Below, piece after piece: positions 35,266 through 37,945 of a stretch of 37,945 nucleotides of DNA. Under the pieces are notes generated by a model that saw nothing but the letters and a program-made list of their open reading frames with translations, was not told where the DNA came from and ran no database searches. The stretch spans positions 1-37,945 of the IMG/VR virus record IMGVR_UViG_3300043405_000007, one strand, 5' to 3'. A program made the translations under genes and the position numbers. This DNA is from a virus. Lineage: Duplodnaviria; Caudoviricetes. Numbering within the stretch: position 1 is the stretch's first letter; each line of letters starts with the position of its first letter.

Positions 35266-35609
35266 TATTTAACCTTTTTCTTTTTTTCTACAAATTCCAT
35301 CTTTGGCAGGCTTTCTAGCAAATCAATGTACTCTCTCAATTCTTCCGCATACCATGACCAATAAATAGCATCTTCTAAACTTAGAATTTCATCTGGTGAC
35401 TTTGCTGGCAAATATGATTTATAAAATTGCACCTTACCCCAAGGTAGTGGTAGATTTTCATCTTTTAGTTTTTCTCTAATTTCTATCACATGACGGGCTG
35501 CCATGTGTGCAAGGTATCGCTCTAGAAACAAATTTTTCTCATCTTCTGAATATCCAAAATCTTTATTTAATTGACTCATTGCTTCATAGAATAGCTTTTC
35601 CTGCATCAT
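35265..35609 (-). CDS. Hypothetical protein
   Basis: 114-aa AT-rich ORF in the operon. Confidence 0.6.
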   Translation of the reverse strand: MMQEKLFYEAMSQLNKDFGYSEDEKNLFLERYLAHMAARHVIEIREKLKDENLPLPWGKVQFYKSYLPAKSPDEILSLEDAIYWSWYAEELREYIDLLESLPKMEFVEKKKKVK

Positions 35610-35618
35610 TTTTTACTT

Positions 35619-36044
35619 TCAAAATGGCAGATCGTCTGGCATATCATCAAACCCGCTGCCTGTTGGCTTTTGTGCTGGCTGACTAGACGCTGGCTTTGCG
35701 CCACCCTGCTCACGACTTCCAAGCAATTGCATCTCACTAACCAATACATCCGTGGTTTGACGTTTTACACCATCTTTGTCGGTATACTCGCCGTACTTCA
35801 AGCGACCCTCGACATAAATCTGACCACCTTTTTTGACGTATTGACCTGCGACTTCTGCGAGCTTGTCAAAAAAGTTTAGTCTATGCCACTGGGTTTCCTC
35901 GACGTACTCTCCGCTAGACTTGTCTTTTCGCTTAGTTGACGTTGCAAGGCTAACGCTGCACATTGCCATGCCACTAGATGCATATCGCAATTCTGGGTCT
36001 TTGCCAACATTTCCCATGAGGATGATTTTGTTTACTGATGCCAT
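35619..36044 (-). CDS. ssb: Single-stranded DNA-binding protein
   Basis: MASVNKIILMGNVGKDPELRY...WHR...YVEGRL; acidic tail DDLPF. Confidence 0.95.
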   Translation of the reverse strand: MASVNKIILMGNVGKDPELRYASSGMAMCSVSLATSTKRKDKSSGEYVEETQWHRLNFFDKLAEVAGQYVKKGGQIYVEGRLKYGEYTDKDGVKRQTTDVLVSEMQLLGSREQGGAKPASSQPAQKPTGSGFDDMPDDLPF

Positions 36045-36685
36045 TATTTTTTAGCCTTTCGTGCTTCATTTTCTGCTTTTAATGCAGAGCGGGTTTTAGA
36101 ATCTAACATGTTATTTAGTGCTATTCGTTGTGGCTCTTCTAGCTTTGCATCTAGCACAATGTTTAAAGCGCCTTCTGCATCACCATCGGATACCATGTCT
36201 TTTAATGCTTGCGCCATGTCTGTGATGTGGCTTAGTTCGCTATCGTTCAAGCCTAACGTTTCTGTTTTAGGACTTGCTGGGATGATTGTTGTGGGTGTTT
36301 TCTTTTGTAACGGTTCACTGGAATCAAGCGCATCATGCTCTACAATTTCAAGCGCTGTAACCCATAAATAACGACGAAGGTACGTCTGCACTGCACCGAG
36401 ATTTTGCACATCGTGACAGCCTTTTAAAGCTGCGCTAGACATGGGTGATGTAATGGTTATAGTTCCCTCTGATGTTGAAATATCCACGATTGTCATCGTA
36501 GCCAAGTCAGCGCCAAAAGAGATATAAGCGCAAAGCCCAGATTCATTCATAATGCGAAGCGCTGGGATAAGAAAATCAGCAAGCTCAAAATACTTGTATC
36601 CTGCAAACTTGTTCAAGCCTGTTTTTTCCAGTTTTAACTGGTGAAAAGCTGTACGCGCATCGTTTAGTTTTGTGTAAACACTCAT
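36044..36685 (-). CDS. erf: ERF-family ssDNA annealing protein
   Basis: KTGLNKFAGYKYFELADF...QNLGAVQTYLRRYLW...EHDALD; adjacent to ssb. Confidence 0.85.
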   Translation of the reverse strand: MSVYTKLNDARTAFHQLKLEKTGLNKFAGYKYFELADFLIPALRIMNESGLCAYISFGADLATMTIVDISTSEGTITITSPMSSAALKGCHDVQNLGAVQTYLRRYLWVTALEIVEHDALDSSEPLQKKTPTTIIPASPKTETLGLNDSELSHITDMAQALKDMVSDGDAEGALNIVLDAKLEEPQRIALNNMLDSKTRSALKAENEARKAKK

Positions 36686-36780
36686 TTTTTGCTTTCGTAT
36701 TGTTGTTTGCTTAATTCTTTCGCTTCGTCTGACTTAGCGCTATCGCACTGCTCTTGTTCATATTGTTCTCTTTCACTCAT
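36682..36780 (-). CDS. Small charged hypothetical protein (32 aa)
   Basis: MSEREQYEQEQ...; ATGA overlaps. Confidence 0.45.
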   Translation of the reverse strand: MSEREQYEQEQCDSAKSDEAKELSKQQYESKK

Positions 36781-36884
36781 AGCATTACCTTTTTAATTGA
36801 TTTGTAAAACGACTTAACTACACTAACATTTAACGAGCGATAAAGTCCATAGTAGTATTTGAAAACCTCAATTGTTTTAATCAT
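36777..36884 (-). CDS. Small hypothetical protein (35 aa)
   Basis: MIKTIEVFKYYYGLYRS...; TAATG and ATGA overlaps. Confidence 0.45.
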   Translation of the reverse strand: MIKTIEVFKYYYGLYRSLNVSVVKSFYKSIKKVML

Positions 36885-37081
36885 TACGCATACCATCTTG
36901 AAAAACTTATATTTTTAGTAACCAAAATAGCCTTCGCCATTTCACCAATACCATCATTTCTTTGGGATACAAAACGGATAAAGTATTCATAGAGATCATC
37001 CTCTTTTATGTGTGCAGCTTCAGGATCTCCTTTGCATAATCGAATATCATGAATTAAGTTTTTTATTTCTAGTAAAGTCAT
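36884..37081 (-). CDS. Hypothetical phage protein
   Basis: GDPEAAHIKEDDLY...FSRWYA motif. Confidence 0.7.
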   Translation of the reverse strand: MTLLEIKNLIHDIRLCKGDPEAAHIKEDDLYEYFIRFVSQRNDGIGEMAKAILVTKNISFSRWYA

Positions 37082-37266
37082 TGCTTTCTACCTTTTTTAT
37101 CGTAAACAAAACCGTCAATCACCACACAGTTATTAGTCTTACTGGTTGCTGATTGATAAGAGTCATACTGCTGGCGCTTGCACAAAACCCAATCGCTTAC
37201 ATCTTGTCCAAACAAAAGCATTAAGGCTAAAAATACGACTGGCAACCACATAAAAATTGTTTTCAT
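37078..37266 (-). CDS. Small membrane-anchored protein
   Basis: N-terminal hydrophobic helix; ATGA coupling. Confidence 0.6.
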   Translation of the reverse strand: MKTIFMWLPVVFLALMLLFGQDVSDWVLCKRQQYDSYQSATSKTNNCVVIDGFVYDKKGRKQ

Positions 37267-37577
37267 TTAGCTCTCCAAATAAACTGGTCTGCCATTGCCT
37301 CTAACATGGCATAGGCCTCGTCATCACACTTTGACCATTCGGCTAAAAAAGAAAACAAAGTAGCCAATGTCACACCGCCTTTGGTGTTTAGGGCAAACTC
37401 CATCATGTCGCAAACAGTGGCGCCTTTGTGACCATAGTTAAACGGTGCTTTTTCCCACATATCACCACGGGCAGCATCAATAAATGCTTTAACGTCAAAC
37501 TCATGCGACTCTTCTTCGCTCATTGGTTTGTAGAACTCTTCCACGGCTCTTGCGTTTGCAATTGATTCATCACACAT
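37263..37577 (-). CDS. Hypothetical protein
   Basis: 104-aa ORF in the early operon. Confidence 0.65.
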   Translation of the reverse strand: MCDESIANARAVEEFYKPMSEEESHEFDVKAFIDAARGDMWEKAPFNYGHKGATVCDMMEFALNTKGGVTLATLFSFLAEWSKCDDEAYAMLEAMADQFIWRAK

Positions 37578-37579
37578 GA

Positions 37580-37798
37580 TTATTTACTCGCAATCGCTTG
37601 GGCGCATAACACTGCATCAAGGCTTCCATTAACGCCTAAAGAACAAGATGCCGCCATTGGGTCTGCACCATTTTTTACCATTTCGGTTACTACGCGCCTA
37701 TCATTTGCCACGCACCCAGATATTGAAATAATCAGTACGCAAACTGTAACTGCGACTAATTTCCAAATTGAATACCAGAACTTTTGATCGTCATTCAT
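37580..37798 (-). CDS. Membrane protein, possible lipoprotein
   Basis: Hydrophobic segment ending ISGC (lipobox-like); SD AGGA. Confidence 0.6.
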   Translation of the reverse strand: MNDDQKFWYSIWKLVAVTVCVLIISISGCVANDRRVVTEMVKNGADPMAASCSLGVNGSLDAVLCAQAIASK

Positions 37799-37818
37799 GT
37801 CTATTTCCTAAAAAAAGC

Positions 37819-37945
37819 GCCCTATGTGTCGCAACTCACACCACTTTGAACCCCTACTAATTTAATTAGGCTCTTGGTGACACAGCTATGTGCTTTCGGG
37901 CTAAAAATCGAAATTTGAGCACTAAGATTAGTCCGCGATGTGACT
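37819..37945. repeat. Terminal direct repeat, copy 2
   Basis: GCCCTATGTG...GATGTGACT, identical to 1-127. Confidence 0.95.

Noticed and set aside
37819-37945. 127-bp repeat as a biological terminal repeat
   Set aside because: The length equals a common assembler k-mer and the break falls in an arbitrary intergenic position. It is best read as a circular assembly overlap.
1-37945. CRISPR array, tRNA genes, diversity-generating retroelement, retron or intron
   Set aside because: I saw no regularly spaced repeats, no tRNA cloverleaf with a T-loop consensus, no reverse transcriptase motif and no interrupted core gene. tRNAscan-SE and cmscan would be needed to exclude these formally.

Overview
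The window is an apparently complete circular tailed-phage genome of 37,818 bp. Bases 1-127 are repeated exactly at 37819-37945, which is most likely an assembly overlap. Gene content indicates a podovirus-like virion: terminase, portal, scaffold, major capsid, adaptor and nozzle-like tail proteins, a GNAT protein, three ejection-like proteins and a tail fibre. There is no tape measure or tail tube. The early region is lambdoid-like (ERF, SSB, MazG-like, NinB, NinG, Cro-like HTH, replication initiator), with no recognisable integrase, CI repressor, helicase or polymerase. The SSB sequence suggests a Burkholderiales (Comamonadaceae-like) host; this is an inference. The most notable observations are: (1) a roughly 380-nt, promoter-driven, heavily base-paired minus-strand RNA at 811-1190 with a switch-like 5' end and a probable pseudoknot, plus other structured leaders; (2) a TAGG-N7/8-CCTA box 22-23 nt upstream of -10 hexamers at four promoters; (3) a roughly 5.9-kb module between portal and scaffold that looks like a repeat-templated virion fibre; (4) a 718-aa polyvalent protein with zincin and ADP-ribosyltransferase-like motifs, and a second zincin, inserted in the lysis cassette; (5) a candidate Acb2/Tad1-like anti-defence sponge protein. 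All product calls come from motif recognition by eye; no database searches were run.
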